Origin: Paraspadella gotoi
Lineage: Eukaryota; Animalia; Chaetognatha
Length of the DNA: 47,270 nucleotides
Reading direction: 5' to 3'
Assembly: GCA_051294375.1 (NCBI GenBank)
Contig: CM119270.1
Coordinates: 21,663,726 to 21,710,995, forward strand
Made by a program: the position numbers and the translations under genes. Below the pieces are notes generated by a model, which saw nothing but the letters and a program-made list of their open reading frames with translations, did not search any database and was not told where the DNA came from. The first letter of the stretch is position 1. Each line of letters begins with the position of its first letter. Below, in pieces: positions 1 through 11,985 of the stretch.

Positions 1-29
1 CTCTCTCTCTCTCTCTCTTACACACACAG

Positions 30-69
30 GTAAACATTTACTCTTTCAAACTGTGGACCAGAAAATGAG
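30..69 (+). other. Candidate 40-nt internal exon (one open frame: GKHLLFQTVDQKMR)
   Basis: (CT)n pyrimidine tract ending CACAG at 29, then a consensus donor GAG|GTAAGT at 69/70. No recognisable protein similarity. Confidence 0.3.
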
Positions 70-192
70 GTAAGTAAAGGAAAAGAAGTAAGTCAACTGT
101 TGCTTTCAACTTTTGTCACTTCTTTGCGTCGCAATTCACTTTTTCACTCTGTCTCACTCTCAGTCTTTTTCACGCCTTCAGTTAGTCTCTGT

Positions 193-225
<33 letters not shown>

Positions 226-1567
226 NNNNNNNNNNNNNNNNNNNNNNNNNNNNNNNNNNNNNNNNNNNNNNNNNNNNNNNNNNNNNNNNNNNNNNNNNNN
301 NNNNNNNNNNNNNNNNNNNNNNNNNNNNNNNNNNNNNNNNNNNNNNNNNNNNNNNNNNNNNNNNNNNNNNNNNNNNNNNNNNNNNNNNNNNNNNNNNNNN
401 NNNNNNNNNNNNNNNNNNNNNNNNNNNNNNNNNNNNNNNNNNNNNNNNNNNNNNNNNNNNNNNNNNNNNNNNNNNNNNNNNNNNNNNNNNNNNNNNNNNN
501 NNNNAAAAAAAAATATAACAGAAAAAGAAAAAAATGAAAAATACTTATTTATTACTATAACAAGGTCAACGCTATATTTTTTTGTGAGTGTATCTCACTC
601 TCGCTTTCTCTCTCTTTCTTTGTCTGTATGTCATTTTCTTAGTCTCTCTCTCTCTCTCNNNNNNNNNNNNNNNNNNNNNNNNNNNNNNNNNNNNNNNNNN
701 NNNNNNNNNNNNNNNNNNNNNNNNNNNNNNNNNNNNNNNNNNNNNNNNNNNNNNNNNNNNNNNNNNNNNNNNNNNNNNNNNNNNNNNNNNNNNNNNNNNN
801 NNNNNNNNNNNNNNNNNNNNNNNNNNNNNNNNNNNNNNNNNNNNNNNNNNNNNNNNNNNNNNNNNNNNNAAAATGAGGTCTTTTTTCCTTAAGATGGTTG
901 TTTGTCTCCAGCGGCCATCGACTTTCCCATTGAGTTTCAAAACCTGCAGTGGCATGGATGACGACGACGACCACGATGACGATGACGATGACGNNNNNNN
1001 NNNNNNNNNNNNNNNNNNNNNNNNNNNNNNNNNNNNNNNNNNNNNNNNNNNNNNNNNNNNNNNNNNNNNNNNNNNNNNNNNNNNNNNNNNNNNNNNNNNN
1101 NNNNNNNNNNNNNNNNNNNNNNNNNNNNNNNNNNNNNNNNNNNNNNNNNNNNNNNNNNNNNNNNNNNNNNNNNNNNNNACGACAACGATGACGACGACGA
1201 CAACGATAACGACGACGATGACGACTATGACGACGACAAAGTTAAAGTTAAAGACGACAACGTTAAAGATGAAAACGATGACGATGACGCAAACGACGAC
1301 GAAGATGACGACCGTTCCCGAAATACCCAGATCTTGTCAATTAGGCTTAAGCAAGTGACATTAAAGTACAGCAATGATAATGAAAAAGACGACGTAGACG
1401 ACAATGATGATAACAATGATGACAATGACGACGACGACGATGACAACGACCGAAACGACATCTCTCGGGCCACGAAAAGTTCAAAAAATAACAAGAAGCG
1501 GGCGTCGAAAATTTCCATGGCGGAGTCCTTAGCGCATCTGGGGGCGTCCGTGGAACGGCACCCTTTG

Positions 1568-1636
<69 letters not shown>

Positions 1637-2194
1637 ACTCTCTCTCTCACACCCACGGGCGGACTAAAACTCCCTCATCGCCGCAAACCAACCCAGACCA
1701 AATTCTCTTTTTTTGTTTCCTTAAGTTCATTTTTTATTTTATTTTTTTTTGTTAACCCTGAGAAAAGGTAAATATTGAATCAATATGTTTCCACTATAGC
1801 AAGGCTCGTCCATGATCAATACTTTAAAATTCACTTCTGTTTCTTAATTCATTAACTTAGCTTCAATTTTGATATTTAATCTTAATATTTTATTCAACCC
1901 ACAATCCGATAAACCTATAATCTCTATCCCTAATCCTAACCTATTTTTAAACCCAAACCTTAACCCCAAATCAGTAATCATTAACCATAATCCCTAAATG
2001 AGAAACTTTGTGAAAAAAAGGCCCATTTTCTTAATATCTTTTCTCTCTTCGTCTCTCTCTCTCTCTCTCTCTCTCTCTNNNNNNNNNNNNCTCTCTCTCT
2101 CTCTCTCTATCTTTCCAGGCCTACATTCGTCTCTCTTTCTCTCTTTCCCCCACAGTCAAATCGTCGCGACGCCTTAATCATATCCTTTTTCCAA

Positions 2195-2268
<74 letters not shown>

Positions 2269-2344
2269 TCCATTTCAAATTTAATAAAGAGGCAAAAAGG
2301 TGGCGAAAAAGAAAGAGGAAGAGAATTTGCGACGAATGCGGAGA

Positions 2345-2512
2345 CAGTCACATCTGCTGACACCACATCTGTTAACATCACATCTGTTGATATCACATCT
2401 GTTGAAATCATATATGTTAACATCAGATCTGTTGATATCAGATCTGTTAGCATCACATCTGTTAAAATCACATCTGTTGAAATCACATCTGTTAACATAA
2501 CATCTGTTGACA
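2345..2512. repeat. 15-bp minisatellite (CACATCTGTTRANAT-like)
   Basis: About 11 tandem units visible; this explains the TDVIS/TDVML pseudo-ORF. Confidence 0.9.
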
Positions 2513-2779
2513 TTAGCCAGAATAGATATAAACTTTCAATTATCAATGCCAAAATTATTCTATTAAAATATCACAAAATCATTTTTAAATCAATTAATCT
2601 ATTAAACAATATAAAAAATCGAGCTCAAACCAAAAAATATGATTTATATTAAAATAAAACATAAAGCACTATGACTTAAAATAATTTACTACTGTATGCA
2701 AATGATATTTATCTCATTCAGTATTATTCTAACAATCTCTTACTATCACATCAGTTGTCATGATATGTGTTGACGTCAC

Positions 2780-2910
2780 CACTGATGCCATCATAAATGC
2801 CATCACTGAAGCCATCACCCATGCCACTACTGATGGCATCACCCATGCCACAACTGATATCATCATCCATGTCACCAGAGATGCCATCACCCATGCCACT
2901 ACTGATGTCA
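2780..2910. repeat. Degenerate ATGCCATCACCC/ACTG minisatellite
   Basis: Recurring ATGCCATCAC, CCATGCCAC and ACTGAT units. Confidence 0.75.
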
Positions 2911-2976
2911 TCATCATCATCATGTAGTCGGGCATTGCCTAGGTTCACCCCGCCTATAAGCATGATACTTTCAGTC

Positions 2977-3213
2977 GTGACCCAGTGGCTCATTGAGTAA
3001 AGCCATCAGCTCATGACCACTAGGTACGGGGTACAATCCCTGCGGAAAGTTTGAGGACGTCCGTAAGCCGCCCATGGGTTTGGCAAACCCTCAAGCCTGG
3101 TGCCAAGCCCAGGACCCGTTCCATGGCTGCTAGAGGGGGTTATAGAAGTTACGGACAGTCATCTTCAGCCCACTTAGCGCCCTATCCACAATCATCATCA
3201 TCATCATCATCAT
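2977..3213 (+). mobile_element. tRNA-derived SINE with (ATC)n tail
   Basis: A-box-like TGGCTCATTGAG (2986-2997). B-box-like GGTACAATCCC (3030-3040) inside a CGGGG/CCCTG T-stem. Unique body, then an (ATC)n tail at about 3191-3213. Confidence 0.6.
3059..3156 (+). ncRNA. Degenerate twister-ribozyme-like fold inside the SINE body
   Basis: GTCCG-TAA-GCC-GC, hairpin GGGTTT/AAACCC (3076-3090), and G-CCTG-GT-GCC-AA-GC-C-CAGG-A (3095-3114), which matches the twister P4/L4 pattern GCCG-GU-CCC-AA-GC-C-CGG-A. GA-GGG at 3133-3137 and TTACGGAC (3149-3156) complementary to GTCCGTAA. T1 and P2 pairings are imperfect. Confidence 0.45.
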
Positions 3214-3280
3214 CAACTCCCAGTTCTCACCGTCTCTCATTTGTGGTCGGAGATGAAGATCAAAAACCTGAGGACAGACC

Positions 3281-3349
<69 letters not shown>

Positions 3350-4344
3350 TATATTAATTAGAAGGGTTGACGATTTTGTGATAGAAACGCGAGATGTGTC
3401 TCTCACCTTTAGCGACATTTTTGTCGTCGTCGCAGTCATNNNNNNNNNNATCATCATCGTCTTCATTGTTGTTGTCATCATCGTCGTCCTCTTTGTCGTC
3501 ATCCACCTTATCTTTGTCTGTCTCTCTGTCAGTCATCGTCACCTCTCTTCTTCTTTTTTTCTCTTTTCTACTTTTCTTTCTCTGCAATTTTCTTCTTCTC
3601 TTTTCTTCTTTTCTTTTCTTTTTTACTTTTCGTTTTTCGCATATGATTTCGTTAACGAGCGCAATCCTTGTCCTCATCTTTTTCTCCTCAACTTTTTGGT
3701 GTCGCTCATATTCTAGTCTCCCCCCCCTCAAATATCCCCCCCCCCAGTTTTCTTTTTTTCTTTTATTGTCCTTCCACTGCCTCATGTCTTTGTCTTTTTT
3801 TTTGTTTTTTTTGGTTTTCATTCTTTGTCCTCTTTTATTGTCCTTCCTCTTCTCTCATGTCTTTGTCATGTTTTTTCTTTCCTTCAACTTCCGTCTTTAT
3901 TTCTTTCTTTTGCCCTTGGTGTTTGTCCTCTTTTCTTTTCTTTGTCTTAACGTCTCCGTTAGTCTTCTTTCCTTTCTCCTTTCCTTCTTTTCTTTCCTTC
4001 CTTCATTTCCTCCCACTTTCTCACTTCACTCAACCTTTCAAAAACTCACGCGATCTTTCCCGACTTTTTCTCTCGCCTCATATTTCTCACCCTCGCCTCA
4101 CCTTTCCTCGCCTTCGTCTCAGCGACTTCGATCCCTCACCCTTCACCCAACTCTTCTTCCTTCTACTCCTCCTCCTCCTCATTCTCCTCCTCCTCCTCAC
4201 CTAAAAAGAAAAGAAAAAACTTTCCTTCTTTTTTTTTGGCCTCAAAAATCTGAATTTCGACTCAGAAAAAGTTGTTTTCAAAGTCGATGGACGTAAGACT
4301 CGTTTTCTTTTCGTGGAGATCCGGACGGCCAAGATGGCGTCGGA

Positions 4345-4630
4345 GTGGGAGAAAAGGGAGGAAAGGGAGGAAAAAGAAATGGAGAAAAGGGTGAAAAAGA
4401 AGGAAATGGAGGAAAAGGAGGAAAGGGAGGAAAGGGAGAAAAAAAAATGGAGGAAAGGGTGGAAAAGGAGGAAAAGGAAAGGGAAGAAGAAAAGGGAGGA
4501 AAGGGAGGAAAAGTAAAGGGAGGAAATGGAGGAAAAATAAAGGGAAGAAAAGAAAAGGAAAGGAAAGATGGGGATGAAAATAGAGGATGGAGAAAGACAA
4601 AAATGAAGGAAGGAAAGAGAGGGACAAAAA
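4345..4630. repeat. Polypurine GGAGGAAAA-type low-complexity tract
   Basis: Near-pure A/G sequence with a 9-bp periodicity. Confidence 0.85.
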
Positions 4631-5082
4631 AAGATATTATGAAATTTTGAAATAAAAAGAAAATAAAAGATAGAATTAATTTTAAAACAATCAATTGAAA
4701 AAAAAACAATTAAACATAAATAGTTATTAAATTAGCAAAATTAGAAAAAGAATCTAATTGTTAAAAATACTAGAAAAGAGAAAATCTAAGAAAAAAAATG
4801 AGATTTAAGTAAAATAATTTTGATTGAAGAGTCTGAAAGTCGCGTCGCTGGAGGCGAAAAAAAAGGAGAAAAAAATAAGGAAAAGAAAAAGGAAAATAAA
4901 AAAAGAAAAAGAAAAAAAGAAGAAAAAGGGAATTCGTTTTTGGTGAGTGAGGATTTTGGATATTGCGCTGAGGTAGGTTAAAGGTTTCAACCCCGAAAAC
5001 TCGACGCGAAAAAACCGTCTGGTTCTTTTCCTCTTTGGTTTCGTCGTCGTCGTTGTTGTCGTTCAAGATTTCCTTTGAACAA

Positions 5083-5213
5083 AGAAGAAAGATAGAAAAG
5101 ACAGAAAGAAAGATAGATAGAAAGAAGAAGAGAAATAAAGGAAAGAAAGAAAGAAAGTAAAAAAAGAAAGAAAGAAAGAGAGAAAGAAAGGAAAGAAAGA
5201 AAGAGAGAAAGGA

Positions 5214-5285
<72 letters not shown>

Positions 5286-5340
5286 AAGAAATAAAAAAAG
5301 AAAGAAATAAATAAAAAAATAAAGAAAAAAAGAAAGAACG
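5083..5340. repeat. (AAAG)n microsatellite
   Basis: Directly visible. Confidence 0.95.
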
Positions 5341-5847
5341 AAAAATAAACCAAATTGAAAAATAATTAAAAATTTTCATTCCAAACAAAACATCAGTTGT
5401 TTAGGACGTAAGTTTGTTAAACCGAATTTATAATCGTAAAATCGAATTCATTTATTCTTCAGATTTTTAATTCGAAATAAAAATGAAAAACGAGAAAATT
5501 GCGAGATTAGAAAGAAATGAGGAGGAGGGGGAGGGAAAGGGGGAAGGGGAGGAGGAAGAGGAGGAGGAGGAGGAGGAGGAAGAGGAGGAAAAAATTGAAG
5601 GGCGTATAAGGTTGAAAAAAGCAAAATGTGGCTGCCACTTCTTAAACATTCTATAAAACTCTAGCAAAGTATTAAATAAATCTGGTATTAGTTATATTTG
5701 TTATAACAAATAGGTTTTATAATATTTTTATTTATATTTTATTCAATTTTCTTTTTTTTTAATTTATCATTAATTTTTTTTCAATCTTTAATTCATTCTC
5801 TTGTTGATATTAACAAAATTTAATTTAAAATAATCTAAAACAATTGA

Positions 5848-6048
5848 CTAAATTGTATAAAGTAAATTTTCCATGAGACGACGAACGTAGTAAGTAATTT
5901 TGTTTATCTCCTTTTTCCATGACATGAAATAAGTTTTATCACCAATTTTGTGATAACTCGTGTCATCGATTCCAAGAAATGTTTGGGAATTTTCTGTGAA
6001 TAGAACTTCTCCGTCTGGACTCGGACGTTGATGGAACCTCATCGATCT
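5848..6048 (-). other. Possible coding exon (RSMRFHQRPSPDGEVLFTENSQTFLGIDDTSYHKIGDKTYFMSWKKEINKITYYVRRLMENLLYTI)
   Basis: Non-repetitive, stop-free frame of about 66 codons that follows a (CT)n tract, a gap and an AG. HKIGDKTYFMSW faintly resembles the N-terminal strand of C-type lectin domains, but downstream conserved residues are absent. Confidence 0.3.
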
Positions 6049-6100
6049 NNNNNNNNNNNNNNNNNNNNNNNNNGAGAGAGAGAGGAGAGAAGAGAGAGAT

Positions 6101-6140
<40 letters not shown>

Positions 6141-6149
6141 TAGAGAGAG

Positions 6150-6345
6150 GAGAGAGAGAGAATCCATCTCCTTTGCAAAGCGACGCCAAAAACTCTCCCT
6201 TGAGAAAAGTGGACGAAGGAAAGACGATTTCTTGTTCTTTTCTGTGTGTTGTTGTTGTTGTTGTGTTGTTTTTCATGAGATTAATTTTAATGTTTTGCCT
6301 AATCTCTATTTTTTGATTGGTTTGTCTGTTTGTCTTTCTTTCTCT

Positions 6346-6382
<37 letters not shown>

Positions 6383-7025
6383 TTTCTTTCTTCTTCTTTC
6401 TTTATTTTTCCTCTTATTTTTTTCTTTTCTTTTTTTTTTTTTCTTTTCTTTTTTTTTCTTTACTTTTTTTCTTTCTTTTTTTTTCTTTTCTTTCTTTTTC
6501 TTTTCTTCTTTTCTTTCTTTTTCTTTCTTTTCTTTTCTTTTTTCTTTTCTTTTCTTTTTCTTTTCGAATCTTTTGACTCTCGTTTTTTCTTCCTCCATCT
6601 CTCGCTTCTATCTACTTTTCCTCTAAATACCTTTTCGTCCGTCTTCGTCTTCCCATTGTCGTCGTCTCATTGTTCGTCGTCGTCTTTATCCGTCGTCGTC
6701 GTCATCGTCGTCGTTTTTGGTCGTCGTCAGCGTTTTTCTTCTTTGCCTCCATTTTTCATTTCGACGCTTAATTCTCGTATATTTGATTCGCTTAAAAAAA
6801 AGTTAGAGGGCAGCAGCGTCGTTCGTCGCCGTTGTCGTCATGTGTCGTCGTCATTCGTCATACGTCGTCATCATCGTCATCATCATCATCATCGTCATCA
6901 TCTTCATCATCATCATCATCATCATCATCCATCATCATCATCATCACGTCATCATCATCATCGTCATCATCATCATCATCATCATTCGTCATCATCATCA
7001 TCATCGTCATCATTCATCATCATCG

Positions 7026-7073
<48 letters not shown>

Positions 7074-8030
7074 CGGCCTCTATCGATACCCATTTCCATC
7101 TTCTCCTTGAGAGAGAGAGAGAGAGAATCCATCTCCTTTGCAAAGCGACGCCAAAAACTCTCCCTTGAGAAAAGTGGACGAAAGGAAAGACGATTTCTTG
7201 TTCTTTTCTTGTTGTTGTTGTTGTTGTTGTTTTTTTTCATGATATTAATTTTTAATGTTTTGGCTATCTCTATTTTTTGATTGGTTTGTCTGTTTGTCTT
7301 TCTTTCTGTTCTTTCTTTCTTTCTTTCTTTCTTTCTTCTTCTTTCTTCTTTCTTTCTTTCTTTCTTTCTTTTTCTTTTTCTTTATTTTCTTCTTTTTTTT
7401 TTTCTTTTCTTTTTTTTTTTTTCTTTCTTTTTTCTTTCTTTTTCTTTCTTCTTTCTTTCTTTTTTTTTTTCTTTTCTTTTTCTTTTCTTTTTCTTTTCTT
7501 TTCTTTTCTTTTCCTTTTCTTTTTTCGCTTTTCTTTTCTTTTCTTTTCTTTTCTTTTCTTTTCTTTTCGATTCTTTTGACTCTCGTTTTTCTTCCTCCAT
7601 CTCTCGCTTCTATCTACTTTTCCTCTAAATACCTTTTCGTCGTCTTCATTGTCGTCGTCGTCTTCATTGTCGTCGTCGTCTTTATCGTCGTCGTCGTCAT
7701 CGTCGTCGTTTTTGTCGTCGTCAGCGTTTTTCTTCTTTGCCTCCATTTTTCATTTCGACGCTTAATTCTCGTATATTTGATTCGCTTAAAAAAAGTAGAG
7801 GGCAGCAGCGTCGTCGTCGCCGTTGTCGTCATTGTCGTCGTCATCGTCATCGTCGTCATCATCATCATCATCATCATCGTTATCATCATCATCTTCATCA
7901 TCATCATCATCATCTATCTATTCATCATCATCATCATCATCGTCATCATCATTATCGTTCATCATCATCATTCGATCATCATCATCATCGTCATCATTAC
8001 ATCATCGATCATCATCATCATCATCATCGG

Positions 8031-8072
<42 letters not shown>

Positions 8073-8097
8073 CGGCCTCTATCGATACCCATTTCCC
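6150..8097. repeat. Tandem duplication of a ~960-bp unit (about 6150-7097 and 7110-8097)
   Basis: Unique anchors GAATCCATCTCCTTTGCAAAGCGACGCC, TTTCGACGCTTAATTCTCGTATATTTGATTCGC and CACGGCCTCTATCGATACCCATTTCC each occur twice in the same order. The copies differ mainly in microsatellite lengths. Confidence 0.9.
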
Positions 8098-8588
8098 GAG
8101 AGTCACGTATTTCGATGATCTACGGCATCGGCGTCAGTCACGTAGATGGCGGCGCCGCAATGGCGACGACGCCGCCTAAAAAGAGCGCCGCGCCCACTTC
8201 CGGTTTTTCGATCGAAGAATCTGCTCGCGCGAAATCGATGATGAAAAATGGGCGGTTGATGACGAACATTAGGGGGACGACGAAGATGACGACGAAGATG
8301 ACGACGACGACGACGATGACGATGACGACGACGTCAATGTGGAAGACGACGACGAATATGAAGAGGGAGTTATTAAAGTAAAAAATCCTGTCAAGTTTTT
8401 ATGTTAGGTTGTGATATAAATTATGGATTCTTTACTCGGCTTTTCACCTGGTCAGGTCAGAGACAAACAAACAGGTCAGAGACAAACAAACTGGTCGATA
8501 ATTCACCAAAGAGATTTGGTTAAAGAAAGAAGAATTAAATCTTCTTTCGTTTCTTTAGTCGCTGACGGAAATTGTTGCACCACGTGTA

Positions 8589-8652
8589 CCTCAGTGGCGC
8601 CGAAGGGAGCCCGGAACTCTTTCGAATCTAAGATAGTCGGGTTCGAGCCCAA
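8589..8652 (+). mobile_element. tRNA-like (Pol III A/B box) SINE head
   Basis: CAGTGGCGCCGAAGG A-box-like at about 8592-8606 and GGGTTCGAGCCC B box at 8639-8650. No complete cloverleaf. Confidence 0.45.
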
Positions 8653-9041
8653 TTGTTATCGTATTTCTCGGTTTTAATAAATATTGATGGTTAGAATATA
8701 TATAAACTATTTCGAAAGCTCAAAGTCGGATGCCTCAATGCCTTAATACCCGATGCCCTAAGACGCTTGAATTCTCTATTTTCCAACTTCGACAAAAAAA
8801 TAAAAACTCCGTTGAAGTTTAAATCCGAAGTAAAAATTTCTTTCGCTTCAGTTGGAATAAAATCTCTTCGGATTTAGATTTGGAAGTAAAAAAAAATCTT
8901 TGAGGGAATAAATCCGAACGAAAGACAAAATGTCAAAAAAGTAAAATAAAAATAAAAAGATAAAATGTCCTTTTTTTTTTAAGAAATTTTCTGAAGGAGA
9001 AAAGGATTTAGGGAAAAAAAATCGTATTTTGTAGCGAAGCG

Positions 9042-9112
<71 letters not shown>

Positions 9113-9620
9113 TGAAAAGGTTTTTGGCTCTGTCTCCTCGTAGTAGTCGTCGTCGTCGTCATCGTCGTCGTCGTCGTTCTCCTTCTTCAGTCGAGCGAAT
9201 TGAAACACAACACGAAACACGACAACAACAAAAAAACAAAACAATAACAACAACAACAACGACGACAAAAAAGAAGAAAAAACCACAAAACCGAACAACA
9301 ATAACAAACACAAAATAGCAACGACAAGGACAACAACAACAACAACAAAAAAAGGCTTCGCAATACCTTTTTCTTTGGGGGAAGGCGGTCGAGGGGGGCG
9401 GTAGAGGGGCGCGCGAGATTCTAAGCGTCACCATTTTTAGAAGGCGCCCTTCTCTCATAAAAATAGGGGGCGCCTTCCGTCATTGGAAGGCGCCAATAAA
9501 AAAGAGAAGGCGCGTGTAGAACGAAGAAGGAGCTGATTTGAAAAAAGAAAAAAAAAACAAAAAAAGCTCATAACGCGTAATTTGAGTCTTGATGGCGGCA
9601 GGACGGCAGCGACGGCAGAG

Positions 9621-9717
9621 ATGCAGCGACGCAGGAGGGGGAAGCGGCAGCAGACGGCAGGATCACAGAGACGCGGCGACGCAGGAGGGGGGAAGCGGCA
9701 GCAGACGGCAGGACAGC
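9621..9717. repeat. Two-copy GC-rich direct repeat (~49-bp spacing)
   Basis: GCGACGCAGGAGGGGGAAGCGGCAGCAGACGGCAGGA occurs twice. Confidence 0.85.
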
Positions 9718-10064
9718 AGGACGGCAGCGACCCGGCGGGCAGCTGCGGCTAACAGCTGCGGCGGGAGGCGGCAGCGGACGGTACGAGAGACAGGAAATCA
9801 GGCGGATGCCTGATGTCGCAATGCTCAGGCGAAACAAGGATAACAGGTGGAGAAAGAGGAAACCGGATAGCAGGTGCCGTAAAGCGCGGGTGCCGGAGAG
9901 GCGTGATGCCGACTTGTCAGATTTTTTTTGTCAGGTGCTTGAGAAAATGAGGAACGCGACGGCGAAGTCGCCTTTCAACTTCGTCGTTACACTTCGTCGC
10001 TCGAATCTCGATTTCGCCTGATTAGATCTTCAGAGGGGATAAGAGCCTCTTTATCGATGAGAAG

Positions 10065-10700
10065 CGAGAGGGAGAGGGAGAGGAAGCGTGAAGGATGCAG
10101 TGGGGAGGAGGAGGAGAAGAGGGTAGGGAGGAAGAGAAGGAGAAGAAGGGACGAGGGAGGGCGAGAAAGAGAAGGAGAGGAACGAGGGGAGAGAAAGCAT
10201 TGAAGGGAGGAAAGGAAGAGCGGAGAGGGTGGAGAGGAGACAAGGAAGAGGCGAGGAGAAGGAGGGAGAGGCAGGAGAAGAAGAGGGGAGAGGGGAGGGG
10301 GAAAGAGAAGGAGAGGGAGGCGGAGGAGAAAGCGCGCGAGAGTAGGAAAGAAGAGGGGAGGATGGAGAGGGGGAGGAGGCAGGAGAAGAAGAGCTGGCGT
10401 GAGGAGGAGGAGGAAAGCAGGGGAGGGAAGAGGAGGAAAAGAAGAGAGAGAAGAGGGAGAGGAGGAAGAGAGGGGAGAGGGAAGGGAGAAGAGAGGAAGG
10501 AGAGGGAAGGAGAAAGAGGAGAGGAGCGAAAGAGAGAGAGAGAGGAGAGGGCTAGGAGAGAGAGAACGAAGAGGGGGATGCGAAGGGAGGGTGGGAGAGG
10601 AGGAGAGGGGGATGAGGGGAGGGGAGGAGAGGAGAGAGGAAGGGGGGAGGAGAAGGAGGGAGCAGATGGAGAGGCGGAGATGAGGCGGGAGAGGGAAGAG
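10065..10700. repeat. Polypurine (GA/GGA) low-complexity tract
   Basis: Almost entirely A/G on the + strand. Confidence 0.9.
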
Positions 10701-10764
10701 CTCTTTTTTCAAAGAATGCCCCTTTTTGTTAGTTTTCCTAGAATTTAATTTTAATAAATTATAT

Positions 10765-10793
10765 AATAATAATAATAATTATAATAATATTTC

Positions 10794-10879
<86 letters not shown>

Positions 10880-10890
10880 TTAATAATAAA
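10765..10890. repeat. (AAT)n microsatellite
   Basis: Directly visible. Confidence 0.95.
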
Positions 10891-11985
10891 TTTAATTCAA
10901 CCTGATTATAAATATAGATTATAAACTAATCCATAAACTTAACTTGAACCTAATCCAAAACCTTAACGCTAATTATTTTTATAAATTTCTAAAGTTAATT
11001 GCTAACCTTAAATCCCTAACCCCAATCACTAAGTCTCTAACCTTATTCACTAACTAAATATCTAACCTAATCTCTAACTCTAACCTTTATCCAAATCTTT
11101 AGTCTTTCACATCACGTCGTGAAAATCAGGTTCAGCGTTCACCAATCGCCCATCATAAAAGGCGAGTTCTATATTAACTGGTTTGTGTCATAGTTTTTCG
11201 AAAATAGGTTTGATAAAATATGTTATTCTGATCTAGTTTATTATTAAAGTTAAGATTTTACTATCAATTCAACTATGGGCTCCAGTTCCACTTTTTTCAC
11301 TAATTTAATTATATTAAATTATATTATATTATATTAATTTAATTATTCTAGAACCGAGTGCTTCTCGAGGGCGAACCTATTATGCTTATAAGCAAAACTA
11401 TCTACTCTCTGTATCACTGACAAAAAAACCTTACACAATGACTTATTTTATGATAATTATACAATTCAAGATTTTTATTTTCCGATATTTCAAACAATTT
11501 TAGTTTTATGCAAGATAAAGTATGACATCGAATATTCATCAATTTTAGTTCAATACATTGGGTTAAATTTAGAATTACACAAAAAAAAATATTAGGTTTA
11601 ATTGAATAAATACATAGGAGCGCTGTCAGCGGCGAACAGGAGAAGTAATATTTGTGTGGAGATCAAAAACAGAAGACATCGTGTAAATAAGTGAAGAAAA
11701 TTATTTAAATTATTTAAATTTTGTTAAAACTATTTAAAAAAATTTCGTACTTGCGATTTGAAGTTGATTAGTTAAATTTATTTGAACAATAATACAAATA
11801 ATAGAACTCATTTGAGTAACGAATCGGTTAAAAACAATTATTATACATGATACAAATTCGCTGGCCAGTTTCGTTGAATCGTTTTTTGTTTTTTTTGTTT
11901 CGCAAAACATTTCGCGTTTTTAATTCGCAGTTTTTGTTCATTTATTTTGCGACGATCAGTTATTAATTAAAATAGGGTTTGACTT

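Noticed and set aside
870-950. Short unique segment between gaps with a minus-strand CTGCAG acceptor
   Set aside because: Two frames are open for only about 25 codons with no recognisable similarity; insufficient evidence.
100-1358. ORFs running through N gaps (also 23527-24540, 41004-42041, 45859-46567)
   Set aside because: Their length comes from Ns, and the frame across a gap is undefined.
1895-2000. CCCTAA/TAACC-like runs (also 10920-11100) as telomeric repeats
   Set aside because: Too degenerate and irregular to define a telomere unit; such runs are common inside invertebrate repeats.
3051-8381. F/L/S-rich membrane-like and K/E/R- or H-rich ORFs (also 9987-10748, 28098-29300, 30618-31239, 32402-33110)
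   Set aside because: Direct translations of (TTTC)n, (GA)n and (CAT)n microsatellites and polypurine tracts.
10005-10060. Minus-strand CTGAAGA...CGAAA, hammerhead-ribozyme-like
   Set aside because: Stem III can form, but stem I is out of register and stem II lacks the closing G-C pair. Similar partial cores at 22903, 33558 and 43690 lack GAAA or stems.
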